Assembly: GCA_964634945.1 (NCBI GenBank)
Contig: CAZWMG010000001.1
Span: forward strand, 2,405 to 66,404
Origin: an uncultured Planctomycetia bacterium
GTDB taxonomy: Bacteria; Omnitrophota; Gorgyraeia; JABMRG01
Length of the DNA stretch: 64,000 nt
Direction: 5' to 3'
Part shown: piece by piece, positions 47,251-57,322 of the stretch
Layout: every line of letters starts with the position of its first letter
Position numbering within the stretch: position 1 is the stretch's first letter
The notes under the pieces: model-generated
Databases searched by the model: none
The model's input: the letters and a program-made list of their open reading frames with translations, nothing else
What the model was told of the DNA's origin: nothing
Program-made: the position numbers and the translations under genes

Positions 47251-47351
47251 TGCTGCTCCTTGAGTTTGATGTTACATATGTTACAAAGGTTAATTAAGGT
47301 TACATAGGTTACGATTTCTACTAATGCCTCAAAAGCTGCAAACTAGAGAAG

Positions 47352-48515
47352 CTAATCCTTATTCAGTTTTGCCGATGCCCCTATCGGTGTAGGATACCGC
47401 ATTACTACTATATAGCTTGACGCTATAAATGTTATTAATGTTGTTAGCTGTATGAGCTGAGATGCCCTACAGCTTATATTGCCCAACTGATACGCCAGTA
47501 TAGCAATGAGCAAAGAAAACTCACTCAATTGCCCTAATCTGAAACCTATCTCTTTAGAAAATGGTTTCTTCTCCTTGGCAAGAATAAAGAGCTTCTTAAA
47601 TAACCATGGCTTTACAATTAAAAATATCACTGCCAAAAGCATTGATATGAGCATGACCTGTCTTAACGCCGGGATATCGAGTTTTGCCCCAAGTGCGAAG
47701 AAGAATAAGACCAAAAAGAAGTCCCTTAAAGGTTTTAGCTTCTCTGTTATAAAGAATGATATAGGATGCCTGGCGAGTACGACCCCCGCGAAAAAAGCAC
47801 CTGTTTCATGGAACATCCCTATCTTAGCGGATATCGCCGCTATGCCAAAGCACCACGCAAGCCCTAGTATAAAAAGCGCCTCGTGAAAGCGCTCTACCTG
47901 AAGCATTATTTTTCTAAGGACAAATTGCTCTAGAAGTACGAGCACGCCTATAAAGATAAGCAGTTTTAACATGAGAAGGCCAAAACTAGCAAAGGTGTTT
48001 CCAGGCAGGCTCATACATCTTATATAGGCTAAAACAACAATGGCTAAGAGATCCTCCATTATAAGAACCGCTATACAGATACCGCCCATCCTCTCCTGAT
48101 GCAGGCGCGTAGTAGGCAGAAGCTTTATAACCAGGATGGTGCTTGAGAACATAAGAGCAAGGCCTATCACCATGCTGTCTATAATCGTAAATTTAAATAT
48201 AATAGCAAATAGAAACGCGATACCAAATGAGACTATACAGTTTGTGGCTGTGGCAAGGCCTGTTTTTTTAAATAAGCCGAATAGCTTTTGTGGATGCAGG
48301 CAGAGCCCGGCTAAAAAGAGCAATAAGGTGATGCCAAGGCTTGATACAGCGCCTATAAACTCGAGATCGTGTATCCAACCAAGTCCCCAGGGGCCTACCA
48401 ACACACCGCAGGCGATATACGCCAGGATGATAGGCTGCTTAAGAATGACCGCTACATATGAGAGTATCGCGGCAACCACTATAATTACACTTAGGTCGAA
48501 GATGAACTGTTCCAT
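47352..48515 (-). CDS. cation:proton antiporter (CPA2/Kef-type membrane domain)
   Basis: 387 aa, about 11 TM helices, Na_H_Exchanger-like pattern. No KTN domain. Confidence 0.7.
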   Translation of the reverse strand: MEQFIFDLSVIIVVAAILSYVAVILKQPIILAYIACGVLVGPWGLGWIHDLEFIGAVSSLGITLLLFLAGLCLHPQKLFGLFKKTGLATATNCIVSFGIAFLFAIIFKFTIIDSMVIGLALMFSSTILVIKLLPTTRLHQERMGGICIAVLIMEDLLAIVVLAYIRCMSLPGNTFASFGLLMLKLLIFIGVLVLLEQFVLRKIMLQVERFHEALFILGLAWCFGIAAISAKIGMFHETGAFFAGVVLARHPISFFITEKLKPLRDFFLVLFFFALGAKLDIPALRQVMLISMLLAVIFLIVKPWLFKKLFILAKEKKPFSKEIGFRLGQLSEFSLLIAILAYQLGNISCRASQLIQLTTLITFIASSYIVVMRYPTPIGASAKLNKD

Positions 48516-49261
48516 TATTGCCTAACCTCTACTTCCGCGCTTTCGTCAAATGGGTTGGTGCGTATCGCGAGTGAGAAAAGATACGGATAATCCTGTTTTA
48601 AGTGTTTCATATAAGCGAGCCACTCTATCACAAGTAATCTGTATGCCCTCTTTATATCATTGCCGATATGTTCCTTGTCATTCTCCTGTAGAGTAGTGAG
48701 GTCTTTCCTGAAGGCAAGTTCCTCAGTGAGATGAAATACTGCCCAGAGAAGGTTTGTAAAACTCTCGTGTTCTAAAAGGTTTGGATTTTCAAGAAGATTG
48801 AGTAGAAAATACCTTTTCTCAAGCAGAAAATCCCGCAAGGCAGAGATATCGCCTTTATCTAAATTGATACTGCAGGTATGCTGTTTAAGAAAAGCCTTTG
48901 CCTTAAGAAAATCCCGCTTTTGCCACTCTGTTGATATAATAAGGCAGACCTTCATATTGGAGCATTCCGGATCAAATGTCGCGAGTATATCCATGAGTTC
49001 CCTGCCTGTTTCGCTGAAGAACGCGCCTATTACCATGTTTAGTTTTTTAAGCATGGTAGTCTTTTCTCTGTAGTGTAAGACCCGCTCAAGGATAAGAACT
49101 ACCATGAGAACCTCGATAAATACAAAACCAATGTCTCCGATTAAGTATATAAATATATGATGCACGTCACGAAATAAGAAGAAATGCGTAAAATATACAA
49201 CCGCTGAGAGCACAACAAGGCATATTCCGAATATAACCTGCCAATCGAATAATTTTTTCAT
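48515..49261 (-). CDS. hypothetical membrane-anchored protein, translationally coupled to the antiporter
   Basis: Two N-terminal TM helices then a soluble helical domain. Its stop overlaps the antiporter start at 48515. Confidence 0.4.
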   Translation of the reverse strand: MKKLFDWQVIFGICLVVLSAVVYFTHFFLFRDVHHIFIYLIGDIGFVFIEVLMVVLILERVLHYREKTTMLKKLNMVIGAFFSETGRELMDILATFDPECSNMKVCLIISTEWQKRDFLKAKAFLKQHTCSINLDKGDISALRDFLLEKRYFLLNLLENPNLLEHESFTNLLWAVFHLTEELAFRKDLTTLQENDKEHIGNDIKRAYRLLVIEWLAYMKHLKQDYPYLFSLAIRTNPFDESAEVEVRQ

Positions 49262-49279
49262 GTAATACCCCTTCTGCGT

Positions 49280-50002
49280 TTACCTGCGCATCTTAGCCAA
49301 TAGGCGCAGTATCTCCAAATAGAGCCATACAAGAGTGACTATTAACGCAAATGCTCCGTACCACTCCATATACTTTGGAGCTTGGCGATTGGCGCCTTGC
49401 TCAATAAGATCAAAATCCAGCACAAGATTTAATGAAGCTATGATTACGACAAAAACACTAAAACCTATTCCAAGAAGTCCGTTACTATGGATAAAGCCTA
49501 TATTAGCGCCAAAAAAGCTCATTACCATGCTAACAAGATATACAACCATTATCCCGCCGGTCGCCGCAACAACGCCTAATTTAAAGCGCTCTGTTACCTT
49601 TATCATGCCTGACCTGTAAGCGCCTAACATGCAAAGAAGTACCGCAAATGTAAGCGCTACAGCCTGAATTACTATGCCGGGATATTGCGCGTTGAAATAT
49701 GATGATATTGTACCCAGTACAACGCCTTCAACAGCCGCGTAGAGTGGCGCTGTTATGGGTGAATACTCTTTTTTAAATATAGTTACCATGGCGATAATAA
49801 GGCCTATTATTATCGATGGAAAAAGCAAGACTGCCGATGCCTGTTGATTGCTCCAGACAAGGCTTGCTGTGATAAAGGCTATGATAAGCAGTAAGATTGT
49901 CTTATTCGCCGTACCGGAGATCGTCATCACGCCGGATGAGCTATTTGCGCCTGATACATCGAATACATCACCTCTTAATGCAGGGTTACCCGATCTAAAC
50001 AT
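49280..50002 (-). CDS. Bax inhibitor-1/YccA family membrane protein
   Basis: 240 aa with 7 TM helices. The N-terminal cytoplasmic stretch NPALRGDVFD and the topology are typical of BI-1. Confidence 0.6.
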   Translation of the reverse strand: MFRSGNPALRGDVFDVSGANSSSGVMTISGTANKTILLLIIAFITASLVWSNQQASAVLLFPSIIIGLIIAMVTIFKKEYSPITAPLYAAVEGVVLGTISSYFNAQYPGIVIQAVALTFAVLLCMLGAYRSGMIKVTERFKLGVVAATGGIMVVYLVSMVMSFFGANIGFIHSNGLLGIGFSVFVVIIASLNLVLDFDLIEQGANRQAPKYMEWYGAFALIVTLVWLYLEILRLLAKMRR

Positions 50003-50115
50003 CTCTTGCCTCCTTTTTCTTCTTTATGCCTAATTTTTTCATGAACCAGTTTCTGATACTGAATTGCGCCCTGTACCTTTGCCTGCATAGTTTATTCGGG
50101 AGTAGTTTCATATGC

Positions 50116-50481
50116 TTAGCATATCTTAATCATTGTCCCGGGGCCTACCTTGCGAAGCGCGGCCTTATCAATAATATCCGCATGAGCGATAAGAACAACC
50201 TCGCTCGCGGGAACCGGCTGCTCAGTAACACTCAACGGGGTCCTACCAAAAAAAAGACAGATACATCGGCCTTCGGGCCAGTAAGCTACATCGCCTACAT
50301 TTAAATCCGCTGTCAAAGGGTGAGCCGGGGCATCAATATCAGTATCACAATATATCTCATCCCCCCAGACCTTTACAGTAGATGTTATAGGTAGCACCTT
50401 ATCGATTGCTCGTAATGTTGGGCAATCTATGGCTTGTACATCGAGATCTACATCCGCCTGATTAATTATTATTTTTTTCAT
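50116..50481 (-). CDS. small cyclophilin-like-fold (DUF3830-like) protein, hypothetical
   Basis: 121 aa. Weak resemblance only. Shares a strand with the asdA/AAE operon. Confidence 0.3.
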   Translation of the reverse strand: MKKIIINQADVDLDVQAIDCPTLRAIDKVLPITSTVKVWGDEIYCDTDIDAPAHPLTADLNVGDVAYWPEGRCICLFFGRTPLSVTEQPVPASEVVLIAHADIIDKAALRKVGPGTMIKIC

Positions 50482-50485
50482 ATAG

Positions 50486-52168
50486 CTACATTACATTTAT
50501 AAGTATTGTTCCCCATACAGTGAGCAGTACATTGCCAAAGGCATACGGTGCTGTATAGCCAAGTACCGGGGTAGAGCTGTTGGCATCTTCCTGCAAAGAA
50601 TTAAGTGCCGGGGTTACAGTGCCCGCGCCTGCAAGCGCGCCTAAAAGAAGAACGAAGTTCATCTTGATAACCAACATACCGAAAATAAGGCCCACTATCA
50701 TAGGAAGAAGTGAAAGTATTACACCTGCTATGAATACACTGGCGCCTGTTGTCTTGAGCGCCTGCACCGCCTGTGTGCCTGCGGTTAGGCCAACACAAGC
50801 TATAAATAGGTTTAGTCCAAAATCCGTAAATATCCACTGGGCAGGACCCGGTATCTGGCCGAATGTTGGGCGTACGGAACGAAGCCAGCCAAAGAATAGC
50901 CCTGATACAAGTACGCCGCCGCCTACGCCCAATGTTATAGGGATACCCATAATTGGTATGGCTAAGAGTCCTATGAGCGTGCCAAGTACACAGCCTATGC
51001 CTACTGTTATCAGGTCCGTTACCATGGTGGGGCGTTCAGGATAGCCAAATTGCTTTACTGCTCGCTCGACATCATCTCTATCACCAGCTACCTGAAAGAT
51101 ATCGCATTTTTGTATAACAGTACTTTGAGTAATCGGTATCTCGTGGCCTTGTCTGGTAATCCGTCTTAAAAATACACCATGGGCGAGCTTGCTATCACCT
51201 ATCTGCTTGAGCGTCTTTCCTACCGCGTTATTGTTCAGTATGCATATCTCAAGTATTTCGCCAACGATATTAGTTGCCTTAGATTCTTCAACCTCGGGCC
51301 CTATCAGATTAGTTGCCTGAACAAAGCCACCCCTGCGGCCAAGTATGGCGAGTATATCATTATTCCTGATGATAGTATTTTGCTGCAGATCGATAAGCTT
51401 GCCATCACGCTCTATTTTGTCGATAGCAACCCTGGCTGAAAAAAGAGCCTCGATCTCAGATACAGTCTTTCCCTGTAGATCATTTTTTGCTTTATATACT
51501 CTGAGGCCAAGCTGATTTGACCAGGAGAAGAGCCCCTTTCTTATATCGAGGTCTGAGGAATCACCCATCATCTGTTTCTCTAGGTTTTTAGCCTCTACCT
51601 TCATATCTTTACCGAGTATCTTTGGCACTATCCTGAAGAATAAAACCAGTCCGCCTGTACCAAAAAGGTAGGTTATCGCGTAAGCTACAGCCACATTTGT
51701 ATTAAGTGTTGCTTTTTGCGCGGCTGACACACCAAGGTGGGCGATAGCGCCGTCAGCGGTACCTATCGCGGATGATTGTGTCATAGCGCCTGCCAAAAGC
51801 CCTGCTGTAGTGCCCTTGTCAAAGTGAAATAGCTTACCAAGGACTATGGCTGTTATTAGCCCCGCAAAGGCGACCACTAGTGATATCCATAGATATTTTA
51901 GCCCATCTTTTTTTAGAGAACCAAAAAACTGCGGTCCTACCTTATATCCGATACAAAAAGTAAAGAGCGCAAAACCGATGTCCTTTACAAGTGCCGGTAC
52001 AACAACTCCTATCTGTCCGAGCGCGATCGCGGCTAAAAGAACACCGACGGTTGAACTGAGACTAAAACCCTTGATCTTTATCTTGCCTATAGCGTAACCG
52101 AGCGCCAGTGCCAGAAAGATTACTATCTGCGGATAGCTACGGCAGATATTCATCGCCTGTTGTATCAT
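50486..52168 (-). CDS. aspT: AAE-family (YidE/YbjL/AspT-type) aspartate:alanine exchanger-like transporter
   Basis: 560 aa. Two homologous membrane halves separated by cytoplasmic TrkA_C-like domains (VEESKATNIVGEILEICIL..., RPTMVTDLITVGIG). Start overlaps the asdA stop (ATGA at 52168). Confidence 0.75.
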   Translation of the reverse strand: MIQQAMNICRSYPQIVIFLALALGYAIGKIKIKGFSLSSTVGVLLAAIALGQIGVVVPALVKDIGFALFTFCIGYKVGPQFFGSLKKDGLKYLWISLVVAFAGLITAIVLGKLFHFDKGTTAGLLAGAMTQSSAIGTADGAIAHLGVSAAQKATLNTNVAVAYAITYLFGTGGLVLFFRIVPKILGKDMKVEAKNLEKQMMGDSSDLDIRKGLFSWSNQLGLRVYKAKNDLQGKTVSEIEALFSARVAIDKIERDGKLIDLQQNTIIRNNDILAILGRRGGFVQATNLIGPEVEESKATNIVGEILEICILNNNAVGKTLKQIGDSKLAHGVFLRRITRQGHEIPITQSTVIQKCDIFQVAGDRDDVERAVKQFGYPERPTMVTDLITVGIGCVLGTLIGLLAIPIMGIPITLGVGGGVLVSGLFFGWLRSVRPTFGQIPGPAQWIFTDFGLNLFIACVGLTAGTQAVQALKTTGASVFIAGVILSLLPMIVGLIFGMLVIKMNFVLLLGALAGAGTVTPALNSLQEDANSSTPVLGYTAPYAFGNVLLTVWGTILINVM

Positions 52169-53772
52169 TAGCGGCTCCTTTTCTTAGGTACTTGCCAATC
52201 CTGATAATATTCATCGAGTAACTCACTTATGCCCCTGCCGATAGCCTCGTATCTATTATTGGGGAGATTAGCAAGTGAGACGCGGATCGACATATTCGGC
52301 GCGTCAAAGCCTCCTCCATCCATTAATACAACGGATTTTTTATCAGCAAGTTCCCATACAAAATCTATCGGCTCGTGTTTTTTAACGAGATATTTAGCAA
52401 ATTTCTCGCCGTAACGCCGCTTGGCTATCTTAGGAATGTCTATAGTTGTATAATAATGCGCGCTTGATGGGGTATCTTCAAACTCTATATCCATTGCGGA
52501 ATAAAGGGTCTTGTGTCTGTGGTTTACAATGTACTGAGCAACCTTTTTATATATATTTTTCTTATCAATCAGGCAGTATAGAGAAAATAGCACCATAATA
52601 ACCTGCTGAGGAGTTGATAGCCCGGCTGTATGGTGAAGCGCTACTGAGCGGCTATCCGCGACCATCCTCTCGATAAGTTTCATCTTGTCCGGATTTAATA
52701 TCACCGTGCTATAGCGTTTCCTTAGGGCATTTCTGTCCTTAGCCGGCAGAGCGGCTATCATCTTATCAAATACATTATTCTCGTGTATTCCTATGACACC
52801 TAATCGCCAACCGGTAGCGCCGAAATATTTTGAATATGAATATACAAGTATCGTATTTTTAGGGCATACGCTCGCGAGTGATTGAAAGCCATTGACAAAG
52901 GTACCATATACATCATCGGTAAGAATTATCAGGTCCTTGCGCTTCGTCTTTACGAGCTTGGCGATCTTTGCCAGTGTCTCCGGCTGCATAGCGACTGATG
53001 TGGGGTTCGATGGGTTGACCAGAAAGAACGCCTTAACTTTTGGGTCTTCGAGTTTCTTTATCTCTGAATCCGGATACTGCCAAAGTGATTTTTCATCCTG
53101 CTTAATCTCCAACTCTGTAAACTCATAATCATTTAAATGAGGTATCTCAAGATATGGCGTGAATATCGGTGTGCCAAGGGCTATCTTATCCCCTTTATGC
53201 AGTAGCTTATTCTCCATCAGGCTGGTAAATATGTAATCCATTGCCGCTGTTCCGCCTTCTGTAGCAAAGAGGTCAAATCGGCCTGCGGGCGGGCTATTAT
53301 TGCACATCTCCTGCACTAAGTATTGATGCACAACCTTATCAACGCTATTTAGTATCCTGTCAGGTTCCGGATAGTGGTCTCCCAGAATAGCATCGATCAT
53401 CTCCTGGACAAATTCATCGGGCTTAAGTTTAAGTGTTTTGTACGCATATTGAAAGGCATCTGCCAAAAACTTGATACCCGGAAGAGACTTGTTTTTCTTA
53501 AGAAAATAATCCAGCCGTTTTGATATGTTCTTCTTCTCAGACATCATGCCGATACCCGGGAGGTCTACATTGCGCAGAGACTCTTCGGCGGCAAAGAGCC
53601 CTAGCTGGAAAAATCCCTGCCGCGGAATAGCTGCTAACCAGTTTGGATTGCCCCTGCCGGCATTTAGCATCACCCTTTCGTGGTGAGTCTTTGCCATTTT
53701 AATTAATTTGTTTTTAAGCTCAAACGGGCTTAGGCCCTCGTACTTTTTTTGCATCTTTACGATACGTTTCAT
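52168..53772 (-). CDS. asdA: aspartate 4-decarboxylase (PLP-dependent, AsdA/AspD)
   Basis: 534 aa. Matches the remembered AsdA sequence at SPFELK, MLNAGRGNPN, LGLFAA, GGTAAM.YIF, PIFTPYLEIP, WQYPDSE, NPSNPTS, ILTDDVYGTF, LVYSYSKYFGATGWRLGV and RMVADSRSVALHHTAGLSTPQQV. Confidence 0.85.
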   Translation of the reverse strand: MKRIVKMQKKYEGLSPFELKNKLIKMAKTHHERVMLNAGRGNPNWLAAIPRQGFFQLGLFAAEESLRNVDLPGIGMMSEKKNISKRLDYFLKKNKSLPGIKFLADAFQYAYKTLKLKPDEFVQEMIDAILGDHYPEPDRILNSVDKVVHQYLVQEMCNNSPPAGRFDLFATEGGTAAMDYIFTSLMENKLLHKGDKIALGTPIFTPYLEIPHLNDYEFTELEIKQDEKSLWQYPDSEIKKLEDPKVKAFFLVNPSNPTSVAMQPETLAKIAKLVKTKRKDLIILTDDVYGTFVNGFQSLASVCPKNTILVYSYSKYFGATGWRLGVIGIHENNVFDKMIAALPAKDRNALRKRYSTVILNPDKMKLIERMVADSRSVALHHTAGLSTPQQVIMVLFSLYCLIDKKNIYKKVAQYIVNHRHKTLYSAMDIEFEDTPSSAHYYTTIDIPKIAKRRYGEKFAKYLVKKHEPIDFVWELADKKSVVLMDGGGFDAPNMSIRVSLANLPNNRYEAIGRGISELLDEYYQDWQVPKKRSR

Positions 53773-53858
53773 TAAAAACCCCCTTATATTTATTAATAAT
53801 ATATAGTTATTGTACGCTTTGGAGGCGGGCTTTTCAAGATAAGAATTACAAATTATTA

Positions 53859-53930
53859 GAAAAAAAAAGGGACGGCTCTATTTTCACGGCATTGCTTTGC
53901 TATGAAAAATAGAGACATGCCCTTTTTTGT
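53859..53930 (-). terminator. strong rho-independent terminator between the small membrane protein gene and the asdA promoter region
   Basis: Imperfect 16-bp stem gggacggctctatttt / aaaatagagacatgccc, flanked by A9 and T6. Gives a 9-U tail on the minus strand. Confidence 0.55.
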
Positions 53931-53951
53931 ATTTTTTATATTCTTATGTAA

Positions 53952-54197
53952 TTATTTAGAGAACTTATTATATAACCAGGCGATCGCTAAACCACCTATA
54001 CCCGCGTCAGCAAAGCCCCAAAGGCCTCCGATAATACTGCCTAATAATGTTGGGGCATAACCTATGTACAAAGTTGCCATAGCGCCCTCGATGCCCGCCC
54101 CCCAATCGCTAAAGGTGTTCATGAGCCCTAAGAATAGCATAGCGGCTCCCCAAATAATACCACAGGCAAGTCCAAATGCTTTTACATTAAGCTTCAT
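53952..54197 (-). CDS. small glycine-rich membrane protein
   Basis: 81 aa, 2-3 TM segments, multiple GxxxG motifs. Confidence 0.4.
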   Translation of the reverse strand: MKLNVKAFGLACGIIWGAAMLFLGLMNTFSDWGAGIEGAMATLYIGYAPTLLGSIIGGLWGFADAGIGGLAIAWLYNKFSK

Positions 54198-54232
54198 TTA
54201 AACGCCTCCCCTTTTTTAGTGTTCGGCTAAAA

Positions 54233-55066
54233 TTAGTTAGCGGGGCAGAAATTAGTTACTGCCGCTTTTTTTGAACCTTCATCGGAAGATACGGACTGCG
54301 TCGCTATCTTCTTTCTTTGCTCTTTGGCGTCCTTTACCTTCTGTTCGTCTCTTGCAGCGCTTTGTTTCATGCGCCAAAGTTTTAGGTTATTCCTATATTC
54401 TTTTTTTGCAGTATTCATCTTCGCGCCTATCGCTTCCTTGTCCTCGGTATATTGTTTGCGCACAACCAGTTCTTTGTCCCTTGACTTGGAAAGAATCTGA
54501 TTCTTAGTAGATGACTTTTGAGTCATATCAGTTATAGCGGCGATTTCGCTATCAGCGTCTTTTCTGATCTTCAGAATAGCGTTATCACGCTTTTTCTGCA
54601 ATGCTTTAATCTTTGCCTTTAGCTCGGCCATCTTTGCTTTATATGCTTCGTTATCCGGGTCTTTTGCCAGACGGTCGATCTGCTTTGTCAGCCTCTTAAT
54701 GGCTTTTTTACATTTATGGTATTCTGTTTTTAGCCTATTATTCTCTGTAGCGAGCGGTTTCTTATTCTTATAATATTCTTTTCGTAATTTTTCCTGCTCT
54801 ATCTTGGCTGTACGGATATATTCCTTATCACTGACAGATGCCTTGTTTTTTAAAAGGCGCTGTCTCATAGCCATATCCGCGACTTCGTACTCATTTGTTA
54901 ATTTTTTTAACTTGGACTTCTGTACTGTTAATTGCTTTGTAAGCTTAACTAGTTTTGCCTGTTCCTTTTTCAATTCCGCGGCATGGTCCACTGCCGCGAA
55001 TGATGTTACCGGCACGCATAGAGTGAATGCCAAAACAGCCATTAATATCCTTCTTGCCATATTCAA
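54233..55066 (-). CDS. secreted lysine-rich coiled-coil protein
   Basis: Signal peptide MNMARRILMAVLAFTLCVPVTSFA then about 240 aa of K/E/Q heptad-like sequence. Confidence 0.45.
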   Translation of the reverse strand: MNMARRILMAVLAFTLCVPVTSFAAVDHAAELKKEQAKLVKLTKQLTVQKSKLKKLTNEYEVADMAMRQRLLKNKASVSDKEYIRTAKIEQEKLRKEYYKNKKPLATENNRLKTEYHKCKKAIKRLTKQIDRLAKDPDNEAYKAKMAELKAKIKALQKKRDNAILKIRKDADSEIAAITDMTQKSSTKNQILSKSRDKELVVRKQYTEDKEAIGAKMNTAKKEYRNNLKLWRMKQSAARDEQKVKDAKEQRKKIATQSVSSDEGSKKAAVTNFCPAN

Positions 55067-55138
55067 CCTCCTCTTTTTTATATCTTCACAATTTTTATTA
55101 TTCTACCCCTTTTTTATATTGATTACAAGAAGAAAAGG

Positions 55139-56038
55139 TTAACCTGACATATAATAATCATAACTTAAATGCGCGATATCCGCTATAAGTTTTTTTGCCG
55201 AACGCGCACTCTTATTCTTATGGCTTATAAGGACACAGATAATAAAATCTCCATTATCAGTAAAGACTATGCCTACGTCATGACAAACCCCCTTTTCAAG
55301 GCCGGTCTTATGCGCGACTATTGTATCCTTAGGCAGCCTCCGCGGTATCCTGGTTCTGGATCTCTGCTCCTTTAGTACATCGAGGCATTCTTTGGATATT
55401 TCCTTATTAATGAGCTTGCCCTTGTATATTTTTTCAAGAAGCCTAACCATGTCTTTGGCAGTGGTATAATTTTCTATGCCTTTACTCCGTGAACGCATAT
55501 CCATCATAACCCGTGATAAATTCGTATCGGTCAGCCCAAACTTTTTAAAACACGCGTTAAGGTAATCAAAGCCCAAAAGCTTAATCAGCATATTGCTCGC
55601 CGTATTGTCGCTGATTGTGATCATAAGGTCTATGAGCTGGGTAACAGTCAGGGTTGTGCCTGAGCGCTTATTCTTTAAAATGCCTGAGCCGCCGGTCTTA
55701 TCGGCCTGTTTTAGTGTTATCTTTTCACCAAGTTTTATCTTGTCTTCTTTTGCCGCGTAAAAACACGCCGCCATTATAGGTATCTTTACTATGCTTGCCG
55801 AGGGTATCCTTGCTTCCGGGTCAATAACGATAAGCCATGATCTTTTTAAATTCTTGATAACAACTGATGGGTTGCCGCTAAAATCCTCTGTCAGGGCAGT
55901 AACATTTTCAGACAAGGTGTTCCAGCGCGCTTTCTCTTCTTTGTAGGAGGCGTAATAAGTTAAACCTATCCGGGCCAGAAATAAAACGCAGACTAGTAAA
56001 AAGACTGTTAATATAGGGTGTTTTTTTATTATTCGCAT
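55139..56038 (-). CDS. membrane-anchored class-A beta-lactamase-fold serine hydrolase
   Basis: N-terminal TM. SxxK (SIVK), SDN (ISDNTASN) and KTG (HKTGL) motifs in the correct order and spacing. Confidence 0.6.
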   Translation of the reverse strand: MRIIKKHPILTVFLLVCVLFLARIGLTYYASYKEEKARWNTLSENVTALTEDFSGNPSVVIKNLKRSWLIVIDPEARIPSASIVKIPIMAACFYAAKEDKIKLGEKITLKQADKTGGSGILKNKRSGTTLTVTQLIDLMITISDNTASNMLIKLLGFDYLNACFKKFGLTDTNLSRVMMDMRSRSKGIENYTTAKDMVRLLEKIYKGKLINKEISKECLDVLKEQRSRTRIPRRLPKDTIVAHKTGLEKGVCHDVGIVFTDNGDFIICVLISHKNKSARSAKKLIADIAHLSYDYYMSG

Positions 56039-56065
56039 ATGGTATTTTGGGAAAGGGGTTTGTTT

Positions 56066-56800
56066 TTAAGAAGGTTGTTTCTGCTTGTTAATCTCGTAAC
56101 AGAATATAGCGGCAGCCATCGCGACATTAAGCGAAAGCTTGGCGCCCTTCATGTCTAAGGTAACGCATAAATCGAGGTGCTTCTGTATAGCGGGTTTTAT
56201 GCCCGCTCCTTCAGATCCGAGTACAAGTGCTAATGGAAAAGGCAGACTCGTCTTTTGTATGTTGTCTCCATCCTTAACTACAGCGCCCGCTATCCAATAG
56301 CCATTTTGTTTAGCATTTGAAAGAGCGTTCAATGTGTTGCTTACCATCACAACAGGGGTATAGTTTTCACCGCCGGAGGCAACATGCATGACAGTATCGT
56401 TTATTTCGCAGCTTGAATGTCTAGGTATAACAACAGCGAACCCACCTGCGCAGGCGGTAATCCTTAATATCGATCCAAGGTTATGAGGATCCTTTATATC
56501 ATCAAGAAATATCAGGGTGGGCCTGTTAGTGTTTTTTGGTGAGACAAGGGTATCAAACTCAGTATATCTAAATCTTACTACCTCAGCGATAATGCCCTGC
56601 AGTCTATCAGCGCGCTTTATCTTATAGAGTTCTTTTTCGCGCATCTTTCTGGTAGAGACACCCTTACTTCGTATGAGGTGCAATATATGCGGCGCGTTAA
56701 AATTATCCTGTATATATATTGTCTTTATGCTTTCAGGATTAGTGATTAGACGCTCACATACTGAATTCTTGCCATAGAGATACATGCTGTTTTTTGCCAT
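56066..56800 (-). CDS. rlmB: 23S rRNA (guanosine-2'-O)-methyltransferase RlmB (SpoU/TrmH family)
   Basis: N-terminal substrate-binding domain plus SPOUT motifs LVLGSEGAGI and LNVAMAAAIF. Confidence 0.8.
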   Translation of the reverse strand: MAKNSMYLYGKNSVCERLITNPESIKTIYIQDNFNAPHILHLIRSKGVSTRKMREKELYKIKRADRLQGIIAEVVRFRYTEFDTLVSPKNTNRPTLIFLDDIKDPHNLGSILRITACAGGFAVVIPRHSSCEINDTVMHVASGGENYTPVVMVSNTLNALSNAKQNGYWIAGAVVKDGDNIQKTSLPFPLALVLGSEGAGIKPAIQKHLDLCVTLDMKGAKLSLNVAMAAAIFCYEINKQKQPS

Positions 56801-56839
56801 TGAAATGAGTACCCGCTGATCTGTATATCGCTAGTTGAC

Positions 56840-57076
56840 CTAGTTCATATTTGAGAGCGCTTCAGTCAGGATAGGCATCAATGATTCCATCTCATCTTTT
56901 GATACGCGGCCTAACTTAGCGAACTTCAGGTTATCCTGCTTATCTTTTGTCTCACGTGAGATCTGTATCTTTTTCTGCCCACCATTGTATGAATATATAC
57001 TTACTGTAAGGCGTCCATTATCGGTATCTTGTGACTTCGCGAACAACTGTTCGTCCAAACTATTATCGTATGGCAT
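56840..57076 (-). CDS. small hypothetical protein (possibly PC4-like ssDNA-binding fold)
   Basis: 78 aa. LTVSIYSYNGGQKKIQISRE resembles PC4/YdbC beta-strand segments. Weak. Confidence 0.3.
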   Translation of the reverse strand: MPYDNSLDEQLFAKSQDTDNGRLTVSIYSYNGGQKKIQISRETKDKQDNLKFAKLGRVSKDEMESLMPILTEALSNMN

Positions 57077-57322
57077 TTACTCCCCCTTTTTTTTAATGAA
57101 CACATAGCTTATGTAGCGATAGCGACATAAGCTATTGTGAAAATTAACCCCATGCTTTGTTTCGCAAGGCGAAACAGTGGGGATGTGTTGATTGAAGAGA
57201 TAGAATACAATAGAAACATTGCTATGTCAAGCATAACAAGCAAGTACGGTTTTTTTGCTTAGCCTCACAAATAGTGCCTGCATTTGTAAAGAAAAAGATT
57301 GTGCCAGGATTATTTTAGCCAC

